A DNA stretch of 64,000 bases from Balanoglossus misakiensis (GCA_040954595.2 JBECUI020000043.1:34784-98783); one strand, 5' to 3'; positions 13,901 through 29,200 are shown, counted from the first letter of the stretch. Program-made: numbers and translations. The notes: generated by a model from the letters alone, not told the origin.

Positions 13901-16900
13901 AAAATGGTGGTAAGTTTCAGAGGGAAAATCTGTTTCAAGCACCGAGAAATACGAAACACTGAAAGAGTTTTGGTGGATGAATAAACGCAAGTCTCGGACA
14001 TGCGCAGATGGGACAGTGAATCAGTACTCGGCACTTGGCCCACGTTGTGCTCCAGTTTAGTGTTGATGCATAATCATACATCAGATTAATTTATCTGTAT
14101 CGGCCACAATTTCCTGCCTTATCAATTTAATTTTTATTTTATCTCGTGGGCCATTAGTAATTATGTGTCAAACTAGCAGATTGGAAATCATATCTGCATT
14201 GCCTCACAATGAGCTATTTGTATTTGGTATTTTATCTCCAAAACTGCCTGCCATGCTGTTTATTTCCCATCTCAGAAAAACCCGCCTATCTTTACTGTAC
14301 TTGAGTTCCCGCCTTCAGTCATTCCATTTCCCGCCGATATTTCAGTCCAAATTTTCCGATATTTCACACTGAGAATAACTCAACATATTTTTTTTCAACG
14401 CGTAACACAATACGACCGAAGCCCTTTCCAATCTGTCGAGATTTTCTTTTACGAAATCGACCTAAAATTTCTGAAAAATTTCAATAAATTCGATTTTTTT
14501 AAACTGCAGACGACAGTAAAATGGATAAAAGGAAATCACGAAATGCAATCGACCAATTTTCCATCTGTGTTAGTAGTGAGGGATTTTAATGGCTTTTAAC
14601 TGACATGGGGGTTTTAGCATTAAAAGCCGTACTCTTCGTTGTTTCAACAGAGCTTCAATATCACAGGTCCATTATCCTGTCTTCGTTGCCGTTTTCCTCG
14701 CCATCGCTCATTACATTCTGACATTTGCCACGTTAGGTACTAAGCATCTTAGCCGCCATCATTTCAGCGAGCGCGTGTGCGACAGCAGCCTATAGCCTTA
14801 AAAAAAACCGAGAACGTTGCGATCCAAACGGCACGCTTGGGTGGAGATCGGTGATTTTAATTGTAGCGAGGTAAGGCAGTATGCTGCGTCGTCACGCTCG
14901 ACCCCATCAATCCATGTGTCTCGGGCAAGCTGAACAGAACACGCCTCTGAATGCCCGGTCCATCCATCAATGTCCGCTCCAATTTTAGGCTACTCAAATC
15001 AGTGACTGACATTGAGTAAAACAGGCGAAAAACAATTACGGCATACAGAGATTGCAAGGGGTTGGTGGGGCGTTTGTCAAAATCTAGACAAACTGAGTCC
15101 CATCATTCCGAAAATATAAAAGATCTTGAGGCGGTCATGACAAACCGGTGACTTTAAAGATGGTGGCAAAACGTGGTACAATACATGCACGCAAGTCGGA
15201 CAGATGTACGACGTGCAGATGGAAATGGCAAACGCTTAGAACGGAGTGTGCAAGAAGGGCGATTTGATATTAAAACAAAATACCAATGCCATGCGATGAA
15301 AATGGACTTCAAGGGAGAATCATTCTAATATCAGCTGCCATTAAAATCGGTGTCTGGTTTTGCTTTTAGTGTCGAGAGATAAAATCACCAGCTGTTGGGA
15401 ACGGAGAGGTTTTACATGCAGAGTAGGGTCTTCGCATTGGCCAATAGGCGTAAAGGTATAGTCGCATATGATCCACTCAGCTGAGCGAAATGAAATCGGG
15501 CATTTATAATAAGTGATCAATGCACTGTTAAAATGATGAATTATTAAAGAAATAAAGACTGAAAATCAAACTCTACTTAGCGTCAACTAAATAACCAGTC
15601 AACCTCGACCACGACCTTTGACCGTAGAATTCACTCGGAGGTCGATTTGTCTGCACCCGCGATCAACACGATCGTGTCCTCGGCGACCGAAATACTCCAT
15701 CGATGAATCGATTGCAGATTGTTGAGTGCATCAAACTTTCAGAGATTTTATGTTTCAAAGCCGGTCGACACGCGTTTAAAGTCTTCGATATTTTTTTTAT
15801 TCTGAGTGAAGATACATGTAAAGGGTGTCATCGATCGCCGAGGTACCGTCCGTGGTACCATAATAATTATTGGCACAAAATCCAATTAAGAAGCTGTATT
15901 TTAACGCAAAATTTGGCCTCAATTCTAAAGAAAAAGACGTCACGAAGAAAATGTTAACGCAATTAGACGTTGCTCGGCGGCAAGTTTGACAGGGGACCAA
16001 GGGATCCCCGGAGCGGTAAGGGAGTGACGTCACCCCCTTAAGGTCATCGGAATATCGTCAGATTTTAGTTGTTCTTACACAATTATTATTTCTTGGTGAC
16101 ACCTTTTTTCAAAAATCGAAGACGTGGTTGAAATTTCTCAACATTTGTCGAACGTTGAAAGACTTTCAAAAAGTTTGACGCGTCTGGTCGCCTGGTTGGG
16201 AACATCAATTAATGGGACATCAAGCTGAGATTTGTGAAGTCACTCACAAGTGCTCTCGACGCAGACGAGAACATATTCGAGTCCTTTTCAATTTCCACTG
16301 CCAAGTTTTCAAAGCGATTGGCTGTTGATTTACAAAGCTTCGTGTAAAAAGTAGCTAGGCGGCCTTTGCGTTGCTTTTGTGTCGTGTTACGCCGAGAGCA
16401 AAATGACTGTTCCATTAAAGGCTAGCTATAATTCATAGGCTGGAGTAATTACACTTTCAAATAGCTTACTACTCAGTACTGACCCTCTGGAAGTAAAAAG
16501 ACGACTTCATTTCCCCAAAGTTCTATTTTCTTGAATGAAATATAGCTCAATTTGCCTCCTTCATTGCAGAAGGACAGCCAATTACCTTTTTCGCCCCGGA
16601 ATTCTTCTAGTTTCTGTCAACATTTCAAAATTGAAGCCAGCCTTTAACTTTTTTCGACAGACTCAACAGGGTTAAGCTCTTCTGTTGTAGTCTGAAAACG
16701 TCGACAAGACTTGTCGTAATTTGCAGTGGAGTGAGCAAGAGAATAATGGCCTAGGTACTCTATTTTGACGTAAGGTGTACAACACAATCTCCACGAGCCT
16801 AAAGGGCATAGCGCGCCATCGTCCCCAGCTCCCACGTGTAATTGTTTTCTCCCTAATCCATTGCGCGCAGCAAAATGGAAGTTCTGCGGTTCCCTCCAGC

Positions 16901-19900
16901 GCGAATACCTGATACCCAAGCAATATCATAATATTGCAAAGTTGCTTTATACTCGTCTCTATGTACCGTTACATTTTCATTTTTCTCCGTTCATTTTAAT
17001 TTCCATCACAGCGCCTGGGGCAGAAAAATTATCGAGATTAGACAGTATACCACTGTCTTGTGGAAATGTAGTCATATACTGAAATTTCGCCTTCATCGTA
17101 TAGTGGTCACGTGATGATGATTATGACTAGGATGATTATGATACCGCACCAAATCTCGGATACATTTTCTCGTGTCATTTCCAGCCTGAGTGATGTCGTT
17201 CCCCAACCACTTTGAGGCGACCAACGTCGTATACTTGAACGTTTGCAGGTTACTGCGGATGTAACAAGTTTTCACAAAAACTTTTTTTTCATTATGTATG
17301 TTCTCGACTTTTATGGAAATAAGTCATGAATTTTTGTTAGGTTTTCGGAAAAAGGGTCTTTTCACCAGCGCCATTTTATTTTCAACCCATAATATTTCAT
17401 CACAGGGAGTGTTGTCATACACTGACAGAAAATACAATGTACTGAGCAATAATTGCGGAATAAAAATCCCTCTCTGGTTGAGCCAGGCTCAATCGAGCAT
17501 CTAGTAACGCTCCATAAAAAGAATTCCTCCTTAAAGCCAGCTCCACTTAATCGTATTGAATTTTTAAGGAGGGCGCGCACTAATCTGGCCATTATTGGTG
17601 TTTTGAGCAGAGCCCATTAGCGTGGTATTAGCACGGCCATACTTGAGACATAGATTGCCACTACCCGAGCTTAATTGCCAAAACCAAACAAGGGGGAACA
17701 TGTTTCAATTAGGGCAAACCAATGACGTCACGTGAGCTGGGGCAAAAAAAGTTGACCAGACAAGAGAGATTAGGTATATACGATAGACTTATTTTTAATA
17801 CTTTTTGTTGAAAGTTCGCTGATTGCCAACATAACGATCACCCCAAAATGTCTGCAAATGCAGTCCGACTGATTTCCATTATATATACACTCTACATCGT
17901 TGCTGTGTTCAGAAGAAAACCATGATCACGTGATAGCTTTGTTTATCTCTATCTCTGTGATATATAAAAACGAGAAGAGAAATAAAAGGCGACAGAGGAT
18001 TTGCGAATGTGACGTGACAGATTGAAAAATGGCGCGAACATTTGACTGATGCCTGTTGCACAACCCAGAACAAGGATGCAGTCATTCTCAACGATAACAA
18101 GACAAATAACAATATAATGAAAAAATCATTCTTGATATGGTTGGACAAACATTCCACCATTCTAGGTGAAAAATACCACCATAACCAAAGAAATATCCAA
18201 ATTTACACTACTATTAGACTCGAGTTTTTGTACAAAAATATAAAGGTTTCAGAAAATGTGAAGATGAGAACATTGTCTGTCATTAGAGGAAGGTAGATTA
18301 TACACGTAGTATTCTGTTAGGGTTGAAAGCATCGGGCTGAATAAATTGAAACCTGGTAAAGTCTATCACTAACTTAAATACAGCTAACTAATTCCAGTGG
18401 AGATCACGAATTCTATATGACCAAAGCTGCACGCAAGAGAAGATTTCTAACCAATGACGCGGGAAGGGGCGTTACTGAAGGTTCAAGAATAACCCGAGAG
18501 GGTTGGCAGCATTTGTCACTGTTAGACGACCCTGGGGGCAATGGGGTTCGGTAAAAGCTTGCACAGGGATATCGTCATCGCCAGGTGTATCTTTCTATGC
18601 TATTGTCCTTGATGAACACCTGGCTATTAATTGATACCGACACCATACGCTGTCAAAGTGGTTAATTCCTATGATTGGTTACCATTTCCCGGGCTTTTCA
18701 TTTTATGCTATGCAAATTAGTTATGCGAGAAATTAAATTATTCTGTGTAGTAACCCATATTACTTCTGGTTATCACGATCTGGCCAGTGGACATGACAAA
18801 TGACAAAATGTTACTTAATTTGCCAATGGAAAGTCGCAAAGAGCGATACATCGCCGACATATGATTATTCAATGCAGGAGAATACAAATCATGTTACACA
18901 TGAGACTGAATGAAAACATCGAAAGGTCTCCAAATACAAGATATGCTGAAGATTTAATGCGTTCGCAATCTGAGGAACATCTTTATCTTAAGAGTCAACT
19001 AGCAGGGACACTTTTTTGAAATAATTTTTTGCAAAATTATTCGTGCAATGATCTCTTGAGTCGAAACTAACAAGGTATTCGTGGAAACTAACAAACTCAA
19101 ATATCTGTTTGTTTGTTTGTTTAAGAGTCAAGATGACAACAATCAAGGCTGAGGCGCAAGACTTTCGAGAACAAACTCATCCATGGAATTAATGGTGTGG
19201 ACACTTGTAAGTATATGAAATCAACAGGATAACCGCTATCCAAGCAAAATGTCACTGACAAGGAAAGTATGCTTCACCAAAGCAGTCCACTAACAGACAT
19301 AACTTAAACAAAGCCCTGGTACAACTCTGTTATGTTTATGACAGAACTTTAAATTGCTATGAGAAATCAACACATCTCTTTGAAACGATCGCATGCAATA
19401 CGCTTATGACTGCAAAGCAGAAAGTTGTAAACTTGATAAGGGATTACATGGAAGTAATTTATCTCACAAAAAGCGCACCTTAACACCGGTGGCAATCAAC
19501 AGTAAAGTTCCCCTTTTCCGTAAGGAACTTAATTAAACCGATAGAAAATAGGCATCATGTACACAAAATAACAAATAATAATAATACATAGAAGAATGTC
19601 CCGGGTCAAAGTTCACCTATCCACCCTGGTGACCTTTGGTCGGGTCAAATGAATGATAAAGCTCTGTCTCAGTGTCTGATATAGGAAGTTGTCTCAACAA
19701 ATAATTCATCAACATTGCACTTGGTACTACTAGTAATTTTTACCTTGGTTTTAATTCAAAATTATACAAAATTTTACCTCTACAGGGTATATATGACCCA
19801 AGTTCACTGTCATCTCTTTTTGTCGGAAAGACAGCAAGCTAATGGTTGCTTGGGTGCATTTTCTATGAATTTCGATACAAATCTCCATGGAAACGAAGGA

Positions 19901-20230
19901 GATTTGCCGGGAAAGGTACTTCACACACGATGGAAAATAAACAAAACAGCAACTTTGTGTCGAACATTCCTTTTTAAATACATCAACATCTTCTGAAAAG
20001 TATTTACACTTGTTTATCTTAAATAATACATGATTTGAAGAGTCTTTCAACCTGACCTGTGGTTGCTTTTATCCGGAGAATGGCACAAAAAAGTTGACAT
20101 CGTCCGTCATGGTAGTTTGGAGTTTCCCACTCTTGGCACTCTGCAGTCTTCGAGTTCCTTTCTCAAGACAGAAGACCATTTCCACACGAACAGTGGCAGA
20201 CATCGGCTTGGAATTGCCCCAATTGGACTT

Positions 20231-20239
20231 CTAACACAC
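20231..20239 (-). CDS. LMO4: LMO4 terminal exon, coding part (Val-Cys-stop), followed by 3' UTR toward ~19 kb
   Basis: Minus strand tttttgttttgttttgaacag|GTG TGT TAG; phase 0 matches the upstream donor and gives the ...NKVC* terminus. The 3' UTR end was not determined. Confidence 0.85.
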   Translation of the reverse strand: MC

Positions 20240-23200
20240 CTGTTCAAAACAAAACAAAAAAGATAACAAAAGATTTAATCAGATGTCGATGAGTAAAAAC
20301 TTGCTGGAAAAATAATGATTATGTTTAACCTGCGCAATGGACGTTGTTATAGGGGTGATGCAAAGTTCAGTGTTTGCATGTCGGAGGATATCGATGACAC
20401 AGTCCGCATACAAAATGACCATAGCGGCCACCTTAATCCAATTAAAGGCATTTAATATTAGCTTAAGAATAATGATAAGCGCGAACTAATTAAAGTGGGT
20501 CTCACTTGATTAGATTTTCTATTTTCCAGACACCAGTGTGATAGACGCGCTCTTTCTGACCAGGTCACCTAATATCCTGTCTGCCATGTTTAACCGGTAT
20601 TCTCTGGTATTAGATACGGCTGCTTTGCTTTAATTATCTCGCCAATAATGATTTAAATTAATCACAGCATCGATATCAATGGCATCGAGACCCCAGTGTT
20701 CAACGTTAACGAGCGCCCAGATCATCTTTAGACTTCACGACAAGACTATCTTTAATTTTAAACTTCCTTTCTTCGTCTGTGATTGAGCTTACATCTAAAA
20801 ATAGTTGCCAAACTAACAGCGTCTTTTCTGAGCGACTATTTTGTCTCTGGTGAGGGCAGTGATCAACTCTGCCGCTTATTGGAGTACCAAAGCAATTTGA
20901 AACTGAGGAAATTGTGTTTTAGCACTTAAATGATGTCCTTTATTGACAGCTATTCTATAAGTTTGGTTGAAAACACGTTGTAGAGATGGTAAAGTATTCA
21001 TGTTTTGAAAATTTACTCCCAACGATTGTTGCATTATATTGCTAAGTCATCAAATATAGTATTCGCCACAAAAATCATGAACACTGTCACCAGGCCAGTG
21101 ACCCAAAATCAGTTATCTGTTAAATTATAATTTGAGTTTTAACACCATCACTCATAATATCCCCCCCCCCCCATTTACAATGGAAATGGCGATAAAAACG
21201 GGTGGCTCTGTATTAAATCATTTGGCTAATAATAATAAAAATCTACGGTACCTGTCAATTTGATATAAATTTTGTTTCAAATTTTCGAGTTTGTGCTAAG
21301 AACCTCGGGTTATTTGAGGCGTAAAGTGGTAGCTGGGTATAACGTCAATATAAATGTTAAAAAAACAGGTGCGATTCCTCATTGTCTATTTTTTTATTTC
21401 AAACTGTTGACAGTACCAGCTACTTTTATAATTACTGGACAACTTACTCATTAGATGGTGCGTTATAAACAACTCTGGCCACAAAACACATTGCAATAAG
21501 CCGTCTACCAGCGCTATTTCATCGACAAGAATAAATATCCCTGTATTAGCTGAATGTAAATGCGACAATACCAGTGGCTATTCAGCCATAAATGAACAAA
21601 CAAGTTAATTACGGAATGGGACCCTCATATTTTGGAAGCAATTATTCAGGAAGATCGCAGCCATCTGGAGTTTCGATTTTTACATATGCACACGTCACAC
21701 CATATTATGGGATCATAGTTGCGGGGAACACATGGAGAAATACACACGTAGACGGTTTGTTTATTTGGTGTATAAAAACTCAATTGCAAGCAATTGAAAA
21801 GGGACTCGAGCTCACGAACTCAAACAAACAAAACGCCCAAATTTAGTCCTGAAGGACACGGGCGTTAAACGAACATATGTTCCCTATACACAATGTTTGT
21901 TCTATGCTAACCCCAGTCCAACTCGCTCTCCTCGTACAAAGTACGCGTAAAAATTTAATCACTTTTGCGGGTTGGGTTTTATGATTTTGGTACGATCATG
22001 TCAACTTTCTCCTTCAATATTTGCTGTTGTCCACGAAAGTAAAACACTCACTGGGTCAGTTTGTGGCCGGGGTCAGTGTTGTCCCCACACCGGGGTCCTT
22101 CTGAAACTTGACAGAACTCCCGCGTTCAAAAGTATGCGGACATTACGAGTCAACATAATAAACATTGTCGCTGATGTTATACATGGGGTTTTAGTCAGGT
22201 CAGCTACTCCAACGGTTTAGGGAGAATATCGCTCACGCTCTGTCGGGTTCTGCAGAATCAGTGTCACGGTTTTTGACACTGTCTAATCAACTTGAAACCA
22301 TTTTTTTCATCTTCAGAAAGAGACGAGACTTTTGAGGACGCTGCGGACAAAATCAAGTTTGACACGCGGTCTGCTCATCAGTACTAGCGAGTTTGATTTT
22401 ACGCACAAGTGTGTAGACAGGAACGATAGCCAACACATACTGGATATAGGAAGAGATGGTATTGCGCAACACAGCAACGGCTGCAGGCGTACCCCGCACG
22501 GACAGCTGTGTATACGCATACGAGAATTACGATGTCTAATAGTCAAGCAGTTGCGCCTTTCTTTGCAATATGGGCGCATTGAAAGCAGCTATTTCCAGAC
22601 CCCTAATTAATTAGCCTTTCCACTTTGTTAAATTAATAGATGCCTATTATAAATTGCCAATCAATTGATATTCTAGGAGGCATGCTACCAATTAACCTCC
22701 GTAAATTGGAAATTTAATAGAAATCACTAATGAGTGAGAGTCTATTTATACACTGACGTCGACTGTACAGCAATGGAGTACAATTCTTAGGTTGTTGTAT
22801 ATGTATAAATTCTGCTGCATGGGGAATGTATTTTTTGTCTGTTCGAAGAGGGGTCGCTTTTCTTGTAAAAGAGACTCATCAAATTACCGCTAAATCGAAT
22901 TAGGTCTCTCTTAGAGTACTCATACACGTCGCTCTCGAGACCGCCGCGTGATACGGTGCACAATTGGAAATCAGGCCGTTGCTGACGATAGAGTTGCAAA
23001 CGGGGCCGGGCTTTGGATGAATAGGAAATCACCAGACGCGGACGCATACATCATCTCCAGCGGCGAAATATTTTCCAATTCATTTTCCGACTGGAAATTA
23101 ATTTGCCTGAAAGATGCTTTAAACAAATACGGCTCTGATTAGACAACTGATGGGATTTTATTGTGTGGACACGGGTATGTGATGCGATCTCGTCAAACCG

Positions 23201-26200
23201 AGGGAAATGGATGTGTTTATTTTTATGACGACATATTCGCAATATTCGCCCGTCGTTGTCGACCGGCAGTTTCGCATTGCTTCATTTGGTGAATACATTC
23301 CCCTTCAAACAGAGATGATTCCCATTTCCGCCCACTTTGTGCTGGAGAAATTAATCAGGCAAGGATCAAATTTGGCTTTCTTGTTCTCGCACCTGCCCAT
23401 GGGGAGTGGCCATGATGGCATTGCAGTGGTACGCAATCGAGATCGACACCGTCCCACTGTGCTATATGCCTCAGTAGAAATAATGAATTTCTAAATTGAA
23501 ATTGTAGTCATAAATAGAGTTCCAATTATCGTCCGTATGCTTTTCTACACAAGTATCGTTCTCTTGTGACATCTCACTGCATGATCTCGTATACTGCAAC
23601 GTAAATTGGCAGCTAGGTTTTATGTCGTCTGCAACTAGTTCTCCCGCCAGCTATTTCGGATTAATTCGAGAATTTCTTTAATTTTCATCTGAAGTGGTGA
23701 CCAATTTTAGCCGGGACCATAAAATCATAATAATCTCCACAGAACTGTCCCAAAATGCTCAAATGAATGCACGCCTGCAAATTATTTCAATCTGGCGGAA
23801 AGTAAAGTTCCAACTAACTGCAGTTCGTGCGTCACAATCTACGCGGGAAAATCAGCCGAGTCTAATATCAGGTGTTTTAAAAGTGAAGGGAATATATTGG
23901 TAGCATTGATACAGAGATTACCAGAGCCATTCGTAAGATTATTGAGTGGTGTTGGCAATCTTTTAGCCTGGCAACCTGAAATCCTTGAGCTTCTCGTCAT
24001 CATCGAAGATCAAACTAATATTTTTCAATTCGAACGCGGAAATGGAAGGTTACAGCTTGCTGCCGCTTCTATTGACAACACGGGCGCAAGTTATCGAAAT
24101 CAGCGTTATCGCTATTGCCGAGATCAAACACGAGATGCAAGCGCCAAATTAAACTTTTGTGGAGCCCTATTCCCTACCATATTTATGATTAAATTTCCCT
24201 ATTCACTACCTCGCTGAAAATACGAATTTTCACTCAATTTAGCAGACTCAAATAATGGAATCCTGAGACCAATTTTCTGGCACCGATCTAATCAAAATTT
24301 ACTGGTATGAAGTTTTGAGTGACAGGCAGAAGGAACTTGCGTGCAAAATTAATTAAACAACTTTATTGGAAACACACGATATTGGGGTGACTTATCTAAT
24401 TTATTTTGTTGGTAATATACTTTGTAATATTGAACATATTTTGTCCTATTAAGTCTGACAAGACCCGTTAAATTAAAGCTGTCATATCGAGCCTGGCAAA
24501 TAATGGCGACTGTTTATGGTTTCTTTACATTTGACTCGATCATGCTATCAACATACATCGGCATTTAACCTCTGAGTCTGTCATTTTAAAATTAAAACAG
24601 TTCAATCATTTCATTGGTGTTTGGAAACACTCAGCGCCGCGCGATGCACACATGTCGTTCTTTCCCGCCAACCCATACCCGGCTATTTGAAAGCTGCATG
24701 AAATACTCGCAAAACATTACAGTTGTCTGCACCCTTTAATCTAACAGCTTCAGGCCTCTAATATCAATATATCCAAGACAGAAAGGACACCTTGGCGGGG
24801 AAATGACCACACGCAAACACGAGACAACCGATTTTGTCGGTACTGAGCTTAAGCCGTCCGTGGTCTAGGGTGCAGAGGTACAAGGTTGGATTGTGAAAAG
24901 TTAAACACAATTTTACAATGTGTGTGTGACGATGTCGCGTGTGCACTGTCAACACTCGGGCTTTGAGATTTTCAATTATTAAACACTTCATTAAGCAAAC
25001 TGGATGCTATTCGAGGTAGAGTCTTTTAAACCAATTAGACTTTGACATTTTTAATCTACACGAAAATGAGTAATAACTGGCGATGCCCGATGCTGTTGGT
25101 TGAAAGCCCTACTGCCTGATTGCCTGGCGATAAATATTTTGAAAATTTAATCAAATTCACACTGGTTTCAGAGAGTATTTTTAGTTGCAGATAGTTCCAA
25201 TTTAAAATGGACCCGAAAAACACCAACGCATTGTTGTTAGGCTTCACGGCACAGCGCATTGTTGACATTTTTAAAGAAATGGTCGGTGCCAAGTTACATT
25301 GAGCAGAAAGGTACTGGTAATTTTTGCGTGTTTTTTGCGTCATATTGTTATTAGCCTTTTAGGCGCCGTTGGCGAAATGTAACCGAAATGCTTGAAAACT
25401 TTTAACGGCAAAATGCTTTTACCTTGATGAAACTGCATGTGAAGGTTTGAAAGCTTTCATTCTAGATAAAAATTGGCGATAAGATATAATGTGCAATTTT
25501 CATACAAATATGGGCGGGAAACTGTCTGTCGCATGCAAAGCCAGTAGTTTAGCGGTTGTAATGTAAAAGCGCGCGTTCGAAAATGGATGAACCTTACCTT
25601 ATTTCTTGCTCTGATTCCTGTGTTGTTATTGGCTTTGAGTAATTTCTGGTGATCGTTCTCGCAGAATAGGTTTCCATTGACTAAAAGAAACCGATCTCCT
25701 GGGACTAACTGATTGTGACACGAACTGCAAGCAAAACATTTCAGATGATAGACGTTTCCCTGCGCCCTCATGACGAACTCACTGGCCGGTATTGATTGTC
25801 CGCACGCATTGCAAGCCCCAGTATTCCCGAAAAGTCTGCAAAGTTAAAACAAAGAGAAGGACAAAAAGTGTCGTTAGTTACACTGTCAAAGTCCGGGGTT
25901 ACCATATTCGAACGATGGATTTTAACATACAGCGAACGAGCCTATTTTTCCACTGAATTGTGCGGTTACGATATATACTATTCGGTACTGTGCGGGCAAC
26001 AGTTGCGGTGATGGTATTGACATTACAATCCCAGCTGTTACCATTGAATGAAAAATCCCATTTAATGGTGGAAATTGAAATCGAACTTAATTGGGGTCTT
26101 ATGTATACTTTTAATGTAGGCTTAATTTTTAACTAGAGTTTCCATTTACTGTTTAAATATTGCATTCGTTCTGATCTAGACTGTCGGGTCACGGTATTTT

Positions 26201-29200
26201 ATCGCAAAATCCGACACTGCTGCAAAGGCTTCGGATTTTCTGTTTGCGATTTTACCAAATGCAATTTTTGTAGTTCCTAAAGAGACCTTTCGCTATTGAA
26301 AGCAAAGTACATTTTTAACAGTTTAGGATCGCCAGGACTTATTTAATTTAGGCCAATTGGGTCATTTATGATCTTAATAAAGTCTGACTGTTATATTATA
26401 TATTTTGGCTGATGCTTAACAACTCAAGCAGAACAAAGTATAAACTACATATATTCTATATTTCTTATTAGATTGATTAGCTCGGTCACTCCTCATCTCC
26501 TCTTCAATTTAATGACGCTGCAGTCTTTTGGATAACATCCTTTTGAAGAAAATTTCCATAAAAGTTACAACAAGAAAAAACATGATAATCACGCTTCGAA
26601 TGTTTTTCGAGAGAAAAAAATGTTGAAACACCTGTAAGTTGAGGACACTAATTACGGCGCCTATTGGATATGTTGGTTCGGTTAATGTTTACTCGAGGGG
26701 ATTGAGTCTCTCCCAAGTAATTGTGGACAATTGGTTTCAATTTAAGTCAGAACTCTTGTCAAAGACAATCTCGCGATAAGTGCAGTCCATTATGCCAGCT
26801 AAGATACAACTGCGCGGTGTTTACAGTAGCTAGGTTCTGTTACTGTAACACGGGACGCTAAAAGCACGTCAAATTTGGACTAATTCTTTGTAAGTGGCAG
26901 CTCTTTACAGAGGAGAGGTGAACCACCCCAAAAATGTCGGCCCCACACTTTTTTCTTCTTTCACTTGAAATGTTGCAGAAGTTGGTTGGATACAACGGTC
27001 AGTATATGGAATATTAAAGGTTTAATGGGTCACAATTAACCGCTTAATAATGCCCCTAAGTGTAATTTGGTTAACTGTATATTAGGGTAACACAATGGAC
27101 GACATTAAGAAGCGGCATTTAGGATCGAATTTGTCTGTCAACACCGTTTAATCCGGATTGCTGAATTGTTAGGGCTATTGTGGCGAGGTTTTTATGTACA
27201 AAACAAGAAAGGCTCTCAACAATTCAGCAAGAGGGTAATTGAAATAGACACACATACAACCCGATGAAAAAAAGTATCGAAAACCCGCAAACGAAACGAA
27301 CTAATGAATTTTCAGTAAAACTTTCAGAAAGTCTGTTTTTGTTTGTGTGAGGTCGCATGTCGTCCATGCCGACGAATCTCTGACATATCATGGTACAAGG
27401 TACATAATGGTCGTATGCATGATTTGGCTGATCAGGTTAATGCGACGTCTCAATTATCCCCAGACGAACTCAACAGAGTTCCAATCCTGTCGTCTCAAAC
27501 CCTCGAATATGGCACCTTAATGACAACATAAGCACCTAAGTCGATTTACTGGCGATACCGCTACTTGCGCGGTACCTGTTGATGGAAACGCTCGGTTTGA
27601 AAACGGACTGGACCATGACTCCAAACACAGCGTCAAGAAATCCTGTGAAGGGTCGGAAGATTTGAGTTTCGTCTAAGTGTCAGATTTGCGGCATCTACTC
27701 AATGACACATTCCTTGTTCAAATGAATGTTGCCGTTAACAAAAAAAAAGAAACCGAATCATGTCTTGGGGCGAATATGACTACGCAACTATCCCCTCAAG
27801 AACATCTGCTTTGGAATCGACAGTATCTTCACCTGTCTTCAAACCAACCTTACGTAGACGTAGCCCATTTATTTCAAAATGAAAAAAAAATCTGGAAATT
27901 CCCGCTTTTATAAAAAAAATGGAGGCTATTTGCAAATCCTGTGTGGAATGGAAAGTCTTTGTTTTGGGTGACGGTATAATTGATAGACAAGTTGAATTCC
28001 TCAGTGAGTACTACCCTGTTGGAATATTTATAGCTTCAATTTAAAACGAGACATTTCTTCTAAATGTTAAATTGAACGAGAAAAATTCGAGTAGTTTTTC
28101 TTCATGTCGAAGCTACAAGGGCCCGTCACCTGGGGTCGGCCTCTCGCATACTCGATTGACACAGCGGCCAATATTAACTATTATTACTTTTATGGATCTC
28201 CCGTCCCATTCATACAGACATCGGAAATCGTAAGCAACCAGCCCCCCCCCCTCACTCCATATGTTTTAATCCATACAAAGTCCATATATATTAATGACAG
28301 AGGAAATTAACTTTAATACTTTTTCATTACACGAGCTGGAAAAGTCGGTTTATGAGGCGGTAGACTCAGTCATTTTTCACAGTCGCATTGTCATGTCATT
28401 TCTATTTAAGGCTGGGGAGTTCTACAACCGACTGCTAAATGAAAAATCGTGTCCTCGCACTGTTGACATTCTTAGCTACAAAGGAATAACGAGTTTCCAC
28501 GCATTTTAAGTTCATTAAGAGCTTCACGGTGAGTTAGTCTCATTCTTTATTTATCTGGGAACCGAAAAACTGCATTACCAGTACTAATAACACGGTGAGG
28601 GTTAAACACGGCTGAGTAATGTCCATTCAGCAAACAGAGGAACGTTTACTAAGTTTTAATGAGCCCTCCATCGTGCATTACCATAATAAGTCTGGCCTAA
28701 TGATTCTGTGGTCTCCAAGGACGAGAGATGGAATTCACCAATATCACAAGTGTTGTGTTGATAAAAGGCGATGGGGAAGAGATAGGAATGCCTAAGCCAA
28801 ATCCATCGAGAATCGGTAATGGGCAGAATGGGATCACACACTGCAGCCTCTACAATGATATATGGACCCACATAACTCACCATAATACCCGACCATGTCT
28901 TTTTCATCATAAAAGTCATCTGCACTCGGCTTTTCTATACATTTTCAAAATTCTCTCTGACTCCCCCCTTGTCCTGCTGTGTGTGTGTGATTTTTTTATG
29001 GTGAATACTTAAACAGATGTATGGAATCCATAACGCATTAACATATATATTGAAACTTATATCTGGTGCTTGCCAGCTCATTACCAAACTGAAGCAATTT
29101 TCGGACAAAAATGTACTTTGGGGAATACCCGGCTAACAGGACAACCAGACTACAACAAAAGCTGCCATTACCCAGGTCTTAGCTTGAGTTGCAACTTCAT

